From NCBI GenBank assembly GCA_964611355.1, contig CAZSYD010000007.1, positions 1 to 64,000 on the forward strand: a stretch of DNA of 64,000 nucleotides. Reading direction: 5' to 3'. The translations under genes and the position numbers were made by a program. The notes below the pieces were generated by a model. That model did no database searches. It had not been told where the DNA came from and worked only from the letters and a program-made list of their open reading frames with translations. This DNA comes from an uncultured Ignavibacteriales bacterium (GTDB lineage: Bacteria > Zixibacteria > MSB-5A5 > GN15 > JAAZOE01). This document shows, one piece after another, positions 30,673 through 40,262 of the stretch. Numbering within the stretch: the first letter of the stretch is position 1; each line of letters opens with the position of its first letter.

Positions 30673-31977
30673 TCATGTTCTATAAGTAACCCGCCCGTCC
30701 ATAATAGTAGCAATTACTCTCCCTTTCAGTTTCCAGCCAATGAACGGAGAGTTTTTTGATTTTGAACGGAATTCTTCCTTTTTTACAACCCATTCGGCTT
30801 CGGGATCGAAAACGGTCATATCGGCAATCTCGCCGACGTTCAAGCCACCCGAAGGTATTCCGATAATCTTAGCCGGATTAGCGCTGAGTTTGCCCACCAG
30901 ATCGGGAAGGGTCAGGTATCCTTTATCGACCAACTGCACGATCGAAAGGCCGAGGCAGGTTTCCAAGCCGATCATCCCCGGTGGCGCGTGGTCGAACTCG
31001 ACGTCTTTTTCCTCTTCGGTATGAGGCGCATGATCGGTAGCGATACAGTCGATAGTGCCATCCACCAAGCCTTTGATCACCGCCTGACGATCGGCTTCAG
31101 TCCGAAGCGGCGGGTTGACGCGCAGATTGGTATCAAAACTTTCGCCGATTAAATCGTCGGTCAGAGTGAAATGATGCGGCGTCGCTTCGGCAGTAACCTT
31201 GACTCCCTCTGCTTTTCCGCGACGAATTGCCTCCACACCGCCCGCCGTGGAAACATGAGCGATATGGAGCCGGCAGCCGGTCAAACCGGCCAGCTTGATA
31301 TCGCGAATGATAGCGATCTCTTCGGCCACCGCCGGGCTCCCGGGTATGCCCAGGCGAGTCGACTGGAAAGATTCGTTCATAATGCCGCCGGCCGCAAGAT
31401 AGCTGTCCTCGGCGTGTGAGATAACGGGGATATCAAACATCCTGGCGTATTCCAAAGCCCGGCGCATCACCTCCGGATTCTGGACGTAGTCGCCATCATC
31501 TGAAATGGCCACCACTCCCGCCTTGACGAGGTCGCCGATTTCAGAAAGTTCCTCCCCACCCCGGTTTTTCGTAATCGCTCCAATGCAGTACACCCGGCAA
31601 TCGCCCTTTTCCGCCAGCGAAGAAACGAATTTGACCGTTTCCTGGTTATCAATTGCTGGTTGAGTGTTCGGCATGCAGCAAACCGATGAAAAACCCCCGG
31701 CCGCCGCAGCCCTTGAACCGGTTAGCACGGTCTCTTTATCCTCTCTTCCCGGTTCTCGAAAATGAACGTGCAAATCGACAAATCCGGGCGAAACCACTGC
31801 TCCGGCCGCGTCAATAATTTTATCTGCGGGATATTTCTCCGCAGCGATCCGGGCCATCTGATTATCGGTAAATATCTGCACGATCCTTCCGTCTTTGACG
31901 GCAATATCGGCTTTATTGGTAAATCCAAAGCCGGGGTCAATCAGATACCCGTTTATTATGATAAGATCGAAATCCAT
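30673..31977 (-). CDS. pyrC: Dihydroorotase (type I)
   Basis: DLHVHFREPG, MPNT, HAED, HVST and ATDHAPH motifs. Confidence 0.96.
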   Translation of the reverse strand: MDFDLIIINGYLIDPGFGFTNKADIAVKDGRIVQIFTDNQMARIAAEKYPADKIIDAAGAVVSPGFVDLHVHFREPGREDKETVLTGSRAAAAGGFSSVCCMPNTQPAIDNQETVKFVSSLAEKGDCRVYCIGAITKNRGGEELSEIGDLVKAGVVAISDDGDYVQNPEVMRRALEYARMFDIPVISHAEDSYLAAGGIMNESFQSTRLGIPGSPAVAEEIAIIRDIKLAGLTGCRLHIAHVSTAGGVEAIRRGKAEGVKVTAEATPHHFTLTDDLIGESFDTNLRVNPPLRTEADRQAVIKGLVDGTIDCIATDHAPHTEEEKDVEFDHAPPGMIGLETCLGLSIVQLVDKGYLTLPDLVGKLSANPAKIIGIPSGGLNVGEIADMTVFDPEAEWVVKKEEFRSKSKNSPFIGWKLKGRVIATIMDGRVTYRT

Positions 31978-31992
31978 ATCTTTCCTTACTTA

Positions 31993-32943
31993 TTACTCAC
32001 CGGCAACCATTTCAGTTTCGCCCGTATCAGCGCCGGCCAAAAGATATAATACCGACATGCGCACCGCTTGCCCGTTGGTTACCTGATCAAGAATCACCGA
32101 GGACGATCCGTCGGCAACCTCATTGGTTATTTCCACACCGCGGTTCATCGGCCCCGGATGCATTATGGTAAAGTTTTTATTCAGCCTCCTGAGCCGCTGA
32201 CCGGTTATGCCAAACAGATTGGTATATTCCCGCCGCGACGGGAACAGCCCGGCCTGCTGACGTTCCAGTTGGATACGCAGGATGTTGACCACGTCAACTC
32301 CTTCCATAGCTTTGTCCAGATTGGTATATACGTCAATCCCGAATCTTTCCGCTTCATAAGGCAGCAGCGTTCTCGGGCCGCAGACGGCCACCGAAGCCCC
32401 CAGCGTTGTCAATCCCCATATATTGGAGCGGGCGACCCGAGAGTGTTGGATATCCCCAACCAGCAGAACCCGCAGGCCGGCGACCTTTTTGTACTTCCTC
32501 CTGATAGTAAAAATATCCAGAAGACCCTGGGTTGGATGCTCGTGGGCGCCGTCGCCGGCATTGAGAATGTTGGCATCAAGACACCGGGTCAGATAGTAAG
32601 GCACGCCCGGAGAGCTGTGACGAACGACAACCATATCTATTTTCATGGCCTCGATTGTACGCACCGTATCTTTGAGCGACTCTCCTTTTCTGACCGATGA
32701 AACCTCCGGCGAAAAACTTACCGTATCGGCGGAGAGCCTTTTTTCAGCCAGTTCGAATGATATCCTTGTACGCGTGGAAGGTTCATAGAACAGGTTGAGC
32801 ACCGTTTTCCCTCGCAGCGTAGGGACCTTCTTGATCGGCCGGTCGAGGATTTCCCTGAAACTTTCGGCCGTATCCAGAATAAGCTCCAGGTCCTTTCGGG
32901 GCATTCCCTCAAGCTGCAAAAGGTGCCGGGAAGACAGACTCAT
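31993..32943 (-). CDS. pyrB: Aspartate carbamoyltransferase catalytic subunit
   Basis: FYEPSTRT, HEHPTQ, HSRVARS and MHPGP motifs. Confidence 0.97.
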   Translation of the reverse strand: MSLSSRHLLQLEGMPRKDLELILDTAESFREILDRPIKKVPTLRGKTVLNLFYEPSTRTRISFELAEKRLSADTVSFSPEVSSVRKGESLKDTVRTIEAMKIDMVVVRHSSPGVPYYLTRCLDANILNAGDGAHEHPTQGLLDIFTIRRKYKKVAGLRVLLVGDIQHSRVARSNIWGLTTLGASVAVCGPRTLLPYEAERFGIDVYTNLDKAMEGVDVVNILRIQLERQQAGLFPSRREYTNLFGITGQRLRRLNKNFTIMHPGPMNRGVEITNEVADGSSSVILDQVTNGQAVRMSVLYLLAGADTGETEMVAGE

Positions 32944-32975
32944 ACCCTTTCTCCCTTTGAAATTTCCCCTTCCAT

Positions 32976-33536
32976 CTATTTCTCTTCCGGCGCCGGATAA
33001 AGAAGCACCTCATCAACGCCGTCGCGTTCAACAAGATGAACCCGAACATCGTCCTCAAAAGTGGTGGGAACATTCTTGCCGACATAATCTGGCCTGATCG
33101 GTAACTGCCGGTGACCGCGGTCGACCAGAACGGCCAACTGGATCGTCCGGGGACGACCAAACTCAATCATCTGTGAGAGAGCGGCGCGAACCGTCCGGCC
33201 GGTATAAAGCACGTCATCGACGAGGATCAGGTTTTTCCCATCAATATTAAACATTATCTCGGTCTTGCGCACGATCGGCTGATCCGGTTTGTAGCCGACA
33301 TCATCGCGATACAGGTTGATATCCATTAAACCGACAGGGACCCTGACGCTTTCGATCTTCTCTATCAATTCGGCCAGGCGGGCGGCCATATCGGCGCCCC
33401 GCGTCAATATACCGATAATCACCAGCGATTCCGGCCCGCCATTGCGTTCAAGCACCTCGTGGGCAATGCGCGTAACGGCCCTGGAGATTCTTTTATCATC
33501 CAGCAGTTGTATCGTTTCCGACTTATTCAAGGCCAT
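32976..33536 (-). CDS. pyrR: Bifunctional pyr operon regulator / UPRTase PyrR
   Basis: RIAHEVLE, LYRDD, VDDVLYTGRT and DRGHRQLPIRPDYVGK motifs. Confidence 0.97.
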   Translation of the reverse strand: MALNKSETIQLLDDKRISRAVTRIAHEVLERNGGPESLVIIGILTRGADMAARLAELIEKIESVRVPVGLMDINLYRDDVGYKPDQPIVRKTEIMFNIDGKNLILVDDVLYTGRTVRAALSQMIEFGRPRTIQLAVLVDRGHRQLPIRPDYVGKNVPTTFEDDVRVHLVERDGVDEVLLYPAPEEK

Positions 33537-33545
33537 CCCTCAGGT

Positions 33546-33576
33546 AAAAAAATATCGGGAAAACTATGGTCCCGAT
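33546..33576 (-). terminator. Attenuator terminator in the pyrR leader
   Basis: ATCGGGA-loop-TCCCGAT then A and a T run, about 10 nt before the pyrR start. Confidence 0.75.
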
Positions 33577-33615
33577 CAAATTGCTCTTAAGAACCGGCAC
33601 TGATAACTTTTTCAT

Positions 33616-33647
33616 CCTTTACGGCCTCTCCGGACTCGTTTAAAAGG
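33616..33647 (-). promoter_or_regulatory. PyrR-binding RNA stem-loop
   Basis: CCTTTTAAACG-AGTCCGGAGAGGCC-GTAAAGG matches the ARUCCNGNGAGGYU loop motif with a CUUU/AAAG lower stem. Confidence 0.88.
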
Positions 33648-33695
33648 TTGCCACAAAAAAATAAATCCTGTACCGGTTGTCAAGTACAAATTTTT

Positions 33696-35243
33696 CTACA
33701 CAGCAAAAAGGTCACCGGTTTTGGACGTATATACCTTTCCATAACGCTCTGTCTGATAACTAATAATTTGAGGAATCGCAAGTATTCCTTTATACTCTGT
33801 ACAATTGAAAAAATCTATCGGTTCAAGCAGGCATTTAATTTTCCCCTCGGCCAAAAGAGCAATCCGATCGGCCAGATCACCCAGGATATTGCCGTCGTGC
33901 GAAATTATAATTACCGTTTTTCCGTTCTTCTTAAGGCTGGCAACCAGTTTCTTAAAAAACCGTATGCCAACTTCGTCCAATCCACAAGTCGGCTCATCAA
34001 AGATTACCAGGTCAGCATCCAACGCAACAATAACCGCAAAAGCCAGCCGCCGCGCTTCCCCCCCGGATAGACTATGCGGATCACGGTCCTTGAATCGGGA
34101 AAAATCAAGCCCGGCCATCTCCATACTCTGCCGGACGGCTTCGGTTAACTCCTCGTTGGTATTATGCTTTTCTCGGATACCGTATGATATCTCATCAAAG
34201 ACGGTGTCGAGGAAAAACTGCCTTTCCGATTGCTGAAAACTCATCACTGCTTTGGAGTCGGGCGCGGGAAAACCTATGGCTCCGCTCGACGGTTGGTATA
34301 TACCGCAAACCAATTGCGCCAGTGTTGATTTACCGCAACCGGAGGGACCGACCAGGCCCAGGATTTCTTTTCGGATTATGTCAAGCGACAAATTGTCAAT
34401 AAGATAAGACGGATCGTTAATGTCATAGTTGAAGGTCACGTTCTCGATTTTCAGGATAATGCCCCTCGAATTTTCGTGGCTCCGTTGCGGCATAATTGGA
34501 GGCTCGTTCGACTTCGGGGTCAGAAAACGAAGCGGCGGCCTGAGCCCGGCCCCGGATAATGTTGCACTATCGGAGAACACCTTCTCAGGGGTATTGTCTT
34601 TGACGATTTTTCCTTTGTCAAGCACAACAACGCGCCGATGGCGTTCGGCAATTGCGGGATACTGGGTGACCCTGACGATTGCCATCGATGGATCAGCCCG
34701 CTTTACCTGCGCAAGAGTTTCTTCCAGTCGCTCAGCACCGGCGTAGTCGAGATATGAAGCCGGTTCATCAAGGAACAGGATTTTCGATCCGGCGGCAAAC
34801 AGTCCGGCCAGCGACAACCGCTGCTTTTCCCCGCCTGACAGATGCCATACCAGTCGGCGGCGATAGCTGCCCAGGCTGAAAAGGTTAAGAGTATCCTCGA
34901 CTACCCGGCGTATCTCTTCCGGCGGCGCATTCCGGTTTTCGAGGGAAAAGGCAACTTCCCGCTCCACCGTAGTCGCCACCAATCCATTGTCAGGGTCCTG
35001 AAATAAAAAACCGACAACGGACGTTGTCTTTTCTCCACCAGGCGTTTTGCCGTAGATTTCAATGGATCCCGATTGCGGCTTAAGAATACCGCACAACAGC
35101 AGCCCAAAAGTGGTTTTTCCAGAACCATTACCGCCTATGACGGCCAGTTCTTCACCCTCTTCGATGGAAATAGAGAAATTATCAAGGGCGGGTCCGGAAC
35201 CATCATCACCGTAGGTATATGTAACACGATCAAATCTGATCAT
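33696..35243 (-). CDS. Fused double ABC ATPase, ECF transporter EcfA/EcfA'-like
   Basis: Two Walker A motifs (GGNGSGKT, GPSGCGKST), FQDPD...TVEREVAF, LSGGE twice, and DEP motifs. Confidence 0.88.
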   Translation of the reverse strand: MIRFDRVTYTYGDDGSGPALDNFSISIEEGEELAVIGGNGSGKTTFGLLLCGILKPQSGSIEIYGKTPGGEKTTSVVGFLFQDPDNGLVATTVEREVAFSLENRNAPPEEIRRVVEDTLNLFSLGSYRRRLVWHLSGGEKQRLSLAGLFAAGSKILFLDEPASYLDYAGAERLEETLAQVKRADPSMAIVRVTQYPAIAERHRRVVVLDKGKIVKDNTPEKVFSDSATLSGAGLRPPLRFLTPKSNEPPIMPQRSHENSRGIILKIENVTFNYDINDPSYLIDNLSLDIIRKEILGLVGPSGCGKSTLAQLVCGIYQPSSGAIGFPAPDSKAVMSFQQSERQFFLDTVFDEISYGIREKHNTNEELTEAVRQSMEMAGLDFSRFKDRDPHSLSGGEARRLAFAVIVALDADLVIFDEPTCGLDEVGIRFFKKLVASLKKNGKTVIIISHDGNILGDLADRIALLAEGKIKCLLEPIDFFNCTEYKGILAIPQIISYQTERYGKVYTSKTGDLFAV

Positions 35244-35249
35244 GGCAAT

Positions 35250-35279
35250 AAAAAACCGATGCCGCCATGGCGGCACCGG
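35250..35279 (-). terminator. Intrinsic terminator after gcvPB
   Basis: CCGGTGCCGC-CATG-GCGGCATCGG followed by T6 on the minus strand. Confidence 0.75.
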
Positions 35280-35301
35280 CGGCTTTTGGAATCGTGCCTG
35301 C

Positions 35302-36750
35302 TCACTCGGTATATTTAACATCAAGCGTTTTCGTTGCCCTGACTTCATCGAGTCGCCGCACCGGTGTGTTATGCGGGGCACCGGTAATCAATTCGAGATT
35401 CTCATCGATTTCACGATCAATTTGAATCATTACCCTGGCAAAGGCGTCAAGCGTATCCTTCGACTCCGTCTCGGTCGGCTCAATCATTATCGCTTCGCTG
35501 ACGTTCAGCGGGAAATATATCGTCGGGGCATGAAAGCCGAAATCGAGCAAGCGTTTGGCAATATCGACAACCCGGGCGCCACGCTTTTTCTGCCTGATGG
35601 CGGAGAGTACGAATTCATGCTGGCAGACAGTATCATGCGGCAAATAATAGTGCCCTTTTAGAAGAGTCATCAGGTAATTGGCATTGAGCACGGCGTTTTC
35701 TGAAACGCGGCGAAGCCCATGTGCGCCAAGATGACGAATATAGGCATAAGCTCTGACCATATTGGCAAAATTGCCGTAAAAGCTGTGCATCCGTCCGATA
35801 CTTTCCGGCCGATCCTCATCGAGATAATAACGACCGTCTTCCTTCTCCACGGTCGGTTTCGGCAGAAATGGCCCCAGTTCCCCTGTTACCGCCAGTGCGC
35901 CGCCTCCCGGCCCGCCCCCGCCGTGCGGCGTTGAAAAAGTCTTATGCAGATTGAAATGCACGATATCGTATCCCATCTCAGCCGGCCTGGCCTGCCCCAG
36001 CAAGGCATTGAGATTAGCGCCGTCCATATACAAAAGTCCACCGGCGGCATGAACAACTTCCGCTATCTGCTCAATCTCGGATTCAAAGAGACCAAGGGTG
36101 TTCGGATTGGTAATCATCATACCTGCGGTTTCTTCATCGACTACACGAGCCACTTCATCAGCCGAAAGAATGCCCTTTTCAGTCGACCTGACCTGGACAA
36201 CATCATAGCCGGCCATTATGACCGAAGCCGGGTTGGTACCGTGAGCCGAATCGGGAATAATGATATTCCTGCGAACCCTGCCACGTTTTTTCATGGCCGC
36301 CCGAATGATCAACAGCCCGATCAATTCGCAATGTGCACCGGCCACCGGTTGCAACGTGGCCCGGGCAAAACCGGTTATTTCCGCCAGCATCGCGCCGAGG
36401 TTATACATCAACTCCAGCGCACCCTGGCTGTTTTCATCGCCAACCAGCGGATGCAATTGTGAAAAACCGGGATATTCAGCCGCAACATCATTGACCCTGG
36501 GGTTGTACTTCATCGTACACGATCCCAGCGGATAAAACCCCTTATCAATGTGATGATTTCGCGTCGACAGTTCGATATAATGGCGCACCAGTTCCGGCTT
36601 GGATATTTCCGGCAGGTCAGCCATATCGGATCGAAGGAGATGACGAGGAATAAGTTTATCAACCTCGCCGTCGCCGGAGTACGTCTCAGGCAACGAAAAA
36701 CCCACTCTCCCCGGCCTGGATTTTTCGTAGATCAATATCTCGTCAGTCAT
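35302..36750 (-). CDS. gcvPB: Glycine dehydrogenase (decarboxylating) subunit 2
   Basis: YPLGSCTMKYNP, AHGTNPAS and HFNLHKTFSTPHGGGGPG (PLP lysine). Confidence 0.97.
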   Translation of the reverse strand: MTDEILIYEKSRPGRVGFSLPETYSGDGEVDKLIPRHLLRSDMADLPEISKPELVRHYIELSTRNHHIDKGFYPLGSCTMKYNPRVNDVAAEYPGFSQLHPLVGDENSQGALELMYNLGAMLAEITGFARATLQPVAGAHCELIGLLIIRAAMKKRGRVRRNIIIPDSAHGTNPASVIMAGYDVVQVRSTEKGILSADEVARVVDEETAGMMITNPNTLGLFESEIEQIAEVVHAAGGLLYMDGANLNALLGQARPAEMGYDIVHFNLHKTFSTPHGGGGPGGGALAVTGELGPFLPKPTVEKEDGRYYLDEDRPESIGRMHSFYGNFANMVRAYAYIRHLGAHGLRRVSENAVLNANYLMTLLKGHYYLPHDTVCQHEFVLSAIRQKKRGARVVDIAKRLLDFGFHAPTIYFPLNVSEAIMIEPTETESKDTLDAFARVMIQIDREIDENLELITGAPHNTPVRRLDEVRATKTLDVKYTE

Positions 36751-36756
36751 AACGGT

Positions 36757-37713
36757 TTAGTCGTTCTCCTCTTCTTCCGGAGGATTTTCAATCTCATCTA
36801 TCTTCTCTTTAACCCAACTGGTGTCGGGTGAATCGGGATGAGCCTCAAGGAATTTCCCGTATAGCCGCAATGCTTCCTCTTTTTCGCCCTTTTGATTATG
36901 AGCGTAGGCGATATACAATTCGGCGTCATTGGCCAGATCGGATTCAGGGTACAATTGCAGGAACTCTTTGAATCCGGCTATAGCTTCATCGTACTTTTCC
37001 GCCCGCCGCCTTGTATCAGCTATTTTGAACATAGCATTATCAGCAAGATCGGATTCGGGGTAGGTCTTAAGAAACCGATTGAAAATCTCTTCAGCGGCGC
37101 CATATTTTTTATCGCGGCTTTTCATCTTCCCCATTGAATACAATGCGCTGTCGGCATATCCGCGCCGGTTGGCGGGATCTTCCTGGAGAATCTTGCGATA
37201 ATAAGTTTCCGCGTCGGTGAATTTCTTCCGACCGACGTATTTTTCGGCTATCTTATAATACAGTTCGTGCGTGGCGGCGGTGTCGATTCGGCGGAGATAG
37301 TCGGCCAGAGTATTGCGATCGACCTGATAATCTCTTATTGTACTGACATATTCGGGGGCTTCGGCATATCCCCAGATGCGATCAATTTCGGCGCCGTCCG
37401 GCCCGGCAAAAACAATAGTCGGGTAACCGGCCACACCATACTTGTTGGCCAAAATCGTATCTTTCTCGGCATCAATTTTGACGAAAATCATCTCATCGGC
37501 CAGAGCAATTACTTCATCCTGTCGATACGTCACGGTATCGAGTTTCTTACACCAGCTTCACCAATCGACATAGAAAGTTATCAGGATATTCAGGTTTTTC
37601 TCGGCGGCAACCTTTAGCGCATTCTCATACGTATCGACAAACGGTATTTCCGCGGCCGTGACAGCCGCGGCTCCGAAGAGAAACAACAGAATCGCCAAAG
37701 TAGTCTTTTTCAT
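36757..37713 (-). CDS. Exported thioredoxin-fold selenoprotein (UxxC) with C-terminal TPR repeats, 318 aa, Sec at codon 52
   Basis: Frame continues from ATG 37713 (MKKTTLAILLFLFGAAAVTA signal) through ITFYVDW-TGA-SWCKKLD into the tracked ORF; TGA (37558-37560) sits at the first Cys of a WCxxC motif. Confidence 0.85.
37519..37557 (-). promoter_or_regulatory. Candidate bacterial SECIS hairpin
   Basis: TCGATAC-CGTGAC-GTATCGA (7 bp perfect stem, 37541-37522); loop starts 23 nt after the TGA and has G at its second position. Confidence 0.7.
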
Positions 37714-37722
37714 GTTATCTAC

Positions 37723-38124
37723 CTATTTATCGTTAATGTCAACGATTTTTGCTTTCTCCCATTCTTCCCCCAAAATCGATTGTGCTTCACTATCGGCATC
37801 GACAACAAAATCTTTCGGAACCATTAACGTATATGCCCCACCCGCAGGACGATAAGACAATACGCCAAATTGCCCGGTCTGGCCAAAATGCCCGGCTCGC
37901 GAATCAATGACGACCGGGATACCTTTGGCTCGCAAACCTTCCAGGACCATCTCCGCCAGTTGCTGAGACGTAAGGCGAGCTATCGGTATCCAATCCTTGT
38001 ACGGGGTTTCTTTGCCGTCTGGCTGGTCTTCATCAGGGAGCCGGTCAACCAGTTTCTCTCCACAGTCGGGACAAACCGCAATTCCTATTTTATACTCATA
38101 TTTGCACGATGGACAATAAGGCAT
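37723..38124 (-). CDS. Zn-ribbon + DUF2007 (putative signal-transducing) domain protein
   Basis: CPSC...CPDC followed by AEMVLEGLRAKGIPV...LMVP...A..IL. Confidence 0.75.
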   Translation of the reverse strand: MPYCPSCKYEYKIGIAVCPDCGEKLVDRLPDEDQPDGKETPYKDWIPIARLTSQQLAEMVLEGLRAKGIPVVIDSRAGHFGQTGQFGVLSYRPAGGAYTLMVPKDFVVDADSEAQSILGEEWEKAKIVDINDK

Positions 38125-38126
38125 GA

Positions 38127-38462
38127 TCATTCTTCTTCGTATTCATTCAAATCATCATCCGTCTGCTGACCACTACCGAGGAAAATCTTTACGATTTCAG
38201 AGGCTTCCTCTGCGCGTTCCGCGGGAACCATTATCTTGAATTTGTCCAGCTTGCCTGTCTTGAGAGATCGCAGTTGCATTCCCGCCGTTCCGAGAAATCC
38301 CGGTTTGGCATCAAGCACCGCAGGGATATCATATGATTTCAACCCATTGACGGCAAACTCGGCGATAGTTCGGCTTGCCTCTTCAGCGATAATTACCCAA
38401 TGAGACCGAACATTTGCCGGCGGCGTTTGCTCATTTTCATTATGGTCAGGCAGGTTCATCAA
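38127..38462 (-). CDS. DUF2007-like domain protein
   Basis: AEFAVNGLKSYDIPA...IMVPAERAEEASEIV pattern. Confidence 0.7.
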   Translation of the reverse strand: MMNLPDHNENEQTPPANVRSHWVIIAEEASRTIAEFAVNGLKSYDIPAVLDAKPGFLGTAGMQLRSLKTGKLDKFKIMVPAERAEEASEIVKIFLGSGQQTDDDLNEYEEE

Positions 38463-38486
38463 ATAATATACGATTTATGGTTGGCG

Positions 38487-39857
38487 TTATTCAATGACGG
38501 CCGTCTCGGTCAGTTTCTCTCCCGCCGCCACGCGCGCAAGATAATCGGCCAACCGGTCGCAATCCTCGAAAGAAATCATTTCCGTAACCGCCAGCAGCAG
38601 GTGATGATCCAGAGCCGGGTAAAACCGTTCGAGATTGATCCCGGCCCCAATACCGACCCTGGACATTTCGGCGATTATCTGCGTCGACGGAATCGGCGTT
38701 TCAATCACAAATTCCTTGAAAAACGGTGCTTCCGACCAAACCGAAAAGCCTTCCAACCGGGTTATTTTCCCCGCCAGGTAATGCGCCCTTTCGGTTGAAA
38801 GCCGCGCTACCCGGGGAAGGCCCTTCTTACCCATAAGCGAAAGGTAAATAGTCGCACTGGCGGCGCATAAGGCCTCGTTGGTACAGATGTTTGAGGTCGC
38901 TTTATCGCGCCGGATATGCTGTTCACGGGTTTGCAGGGTCAGCACAAATCCGGTTTTGCCATCGACGTCAACGGTTCTGGCGACCAACCGCCCGGGAAGC
39001 CTGCGGACAAATTCCTTCCGGCAGGTGAAAAGACCCAGAAGCGGCCCGCCGAAATTGCGAGGAATACCCAGCGACTGACCTTCCCCCACGGCAATATCGG
39101 CGTTGTATTCGGCCGGTGTCTTCAGAATTCCGAGTGAGATCGGATCGACAACCATAATAAACAGACCGCCGGCGTCATGTATCGCCTTTTCCCCCTTGAC
39201 GGGTTCTTCGAGATACCCGAAGAAATTCGGCTGGGCCATTATCAGGCAGGCTGCCTTATCATCAACACAGCCGTTAAAAGCATCATAATCGGTTACACTT
39301 CCGTTCGCCGGAACCGTTACGATTTCCATCTCCCGCCCGGAAACCATTGCTTGCAGCACGTCCCGGTATAAGGGATTAACGGTCTCCGAAACGGCGATCT
39401 TACTGCGCCCGGTATGGCTGGCCGCCATAACGGCGGCCTCGGCCATGGCCGTGGCGCCGTCGTACATCGAGGCGTTACAAACATCCATGCCGGTTAACCG
39501 ACAGAGATGCGTCTGGAATTCGTAGGTGATCTGAAGCGTACCCTGAGCCACCTCCGCCTGATACGGCGTGTAGGCGGTGGCAAACTCCGGACGCATAACC
39601 AAACTTCGGATAACCGAGGGAACAAAATGATTATAGATACCGCCACCAAGAAATGACAGCCTGCCGATGTTATTCCTTTGCGACAGTTTTTCCAGATGCT
39701 TTATTAATTCCGGTTCCGAAAAAGGGCGCGGCAGTTCAAGCGGCTTTTTCAGACGGAGTTTCTCAGGGATTGGCATAAAAAGCTGGTTTATACCGGCAGC
39801 GCCGATTTTCTCCAGCATTTTCTTTTGATCATCCTCGCTGTTTGGAATATATGGCAT
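38487..39857 (-). CDS. gcvPA: Glycine dehydrogenase (decarboxylating) subunit 1
   Basis: MPYIP start, TAYTPYQAEVAQG, NASMYDG and REQHIRRDKATSNICTN motifs. Confidence 0.97.
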   Translation of the reverse strand: MPYIPNSEDDQKKMLEKIGAAGINQLFMPIPEKLRLKKPLELPRPFSEPELIKHLEKLSQRNNIGRLSFLGGGIYNHFVPSVIRSLVMRPEFATAYTPYQAEVAQGTLQITYEFQTHLCRLTGMDVCNASMYDGATAMAEAAVMAASHTGRSKIAVSETVNPLYRDVLQAMVSGREMEIVTVPANGSVTDYDAFNGCVDDKAACLIMAQPNFFGYLEEPVKGEKAIHDAGGLFIMVVDPISLGILKTPAEYNADIAVGEGQSLGIPRNFGGPLLGLFTCRKEFVRRLPGRLVARTVDVDGKTGFVLTLQTREQHIRRDKATSNICTNEALCAASATIYLSLMGKKGLPRVARLSTERAHYLAGKITRLEGFSVWSEAPFFKEFVIETPIPSTQIIAEMSRVGIGAGINLERFYPALDHHLLLAVTEMISFEDCDRLADYLARVAAGEKLTETAVIE

Positions 39858-39864
39858 CGTAAAA

Positions 39865-40245
39865 CTATTCCTCAATCAATTCCTTATATTGATCGGCTTT
39901 CAGCAGGCTATCCAGCTCCGACTTCTCAGACAGCTTTACCTTAATCATCCAGCCGTCGCCGTACGGATCGCGGTTAATTACGCCGGCATCTTCGTCGATC
40001 TTGCCGTTGACCTCGGATACCGTGCCGGTGATCGGAGAAAATAGCTCGGACACCGCCTTGACGGCTTCGATTGTCCCAAACGGTTCCATCTGTATGACCT
40101 GGGTCCCCGTTTCGGGAAGTTCTACAAAGACTATATCACCCAGCTCGCCCTGAGCGTAATCGGTAATACCGATCTCCGCGGTATCACCGTCGACGCGGAG
40201 CCATTCGTGCTCCTTGGTATAGAAAAGATCACTCGGTATATTCAA
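39865..40245 (-). CDS. gcvH: Glycine cleavage system H protein
   Basis: YTKEHEW, GITDYAQGELGD, EAVKA lipoyl lysine and DPYGDGW. Confidence 0.97.
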   Translation of the reverse strand: MNIPSDLFYTKEHEWLRVDGDTAEIGITDYAQGELGDIVFVELPETGTQVIQMEPFGTIEAVKAVSELFSPITGTVSEVNGKIDEDAGVINRDPYGDGWMIKVKLSEKSELDSLLKADQYKELIEE

Positions 40246-40262
40246 TTTGCCTCCAGGTTAAT

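Noticed and set aside
33651..33683. sigma70 promoter for pyrR
   Set aside because: TTGACA is present but no convincing -10 box at 16-18 bp spacing, so it was not called.
37558..37560. Alternative genetic code (TGA = Trp/Gly) as the explanation for the in-frame TGA
   Set aside because: TGA ends conserved genes at their normal C-termini here (pyrC, pilB, mreD), and no other gene shows internal TGA.
40246..40262. Glycine riboswitch upstream of gcvH
   Set aside because: Only 17 bp between accC and gcvH; no room.
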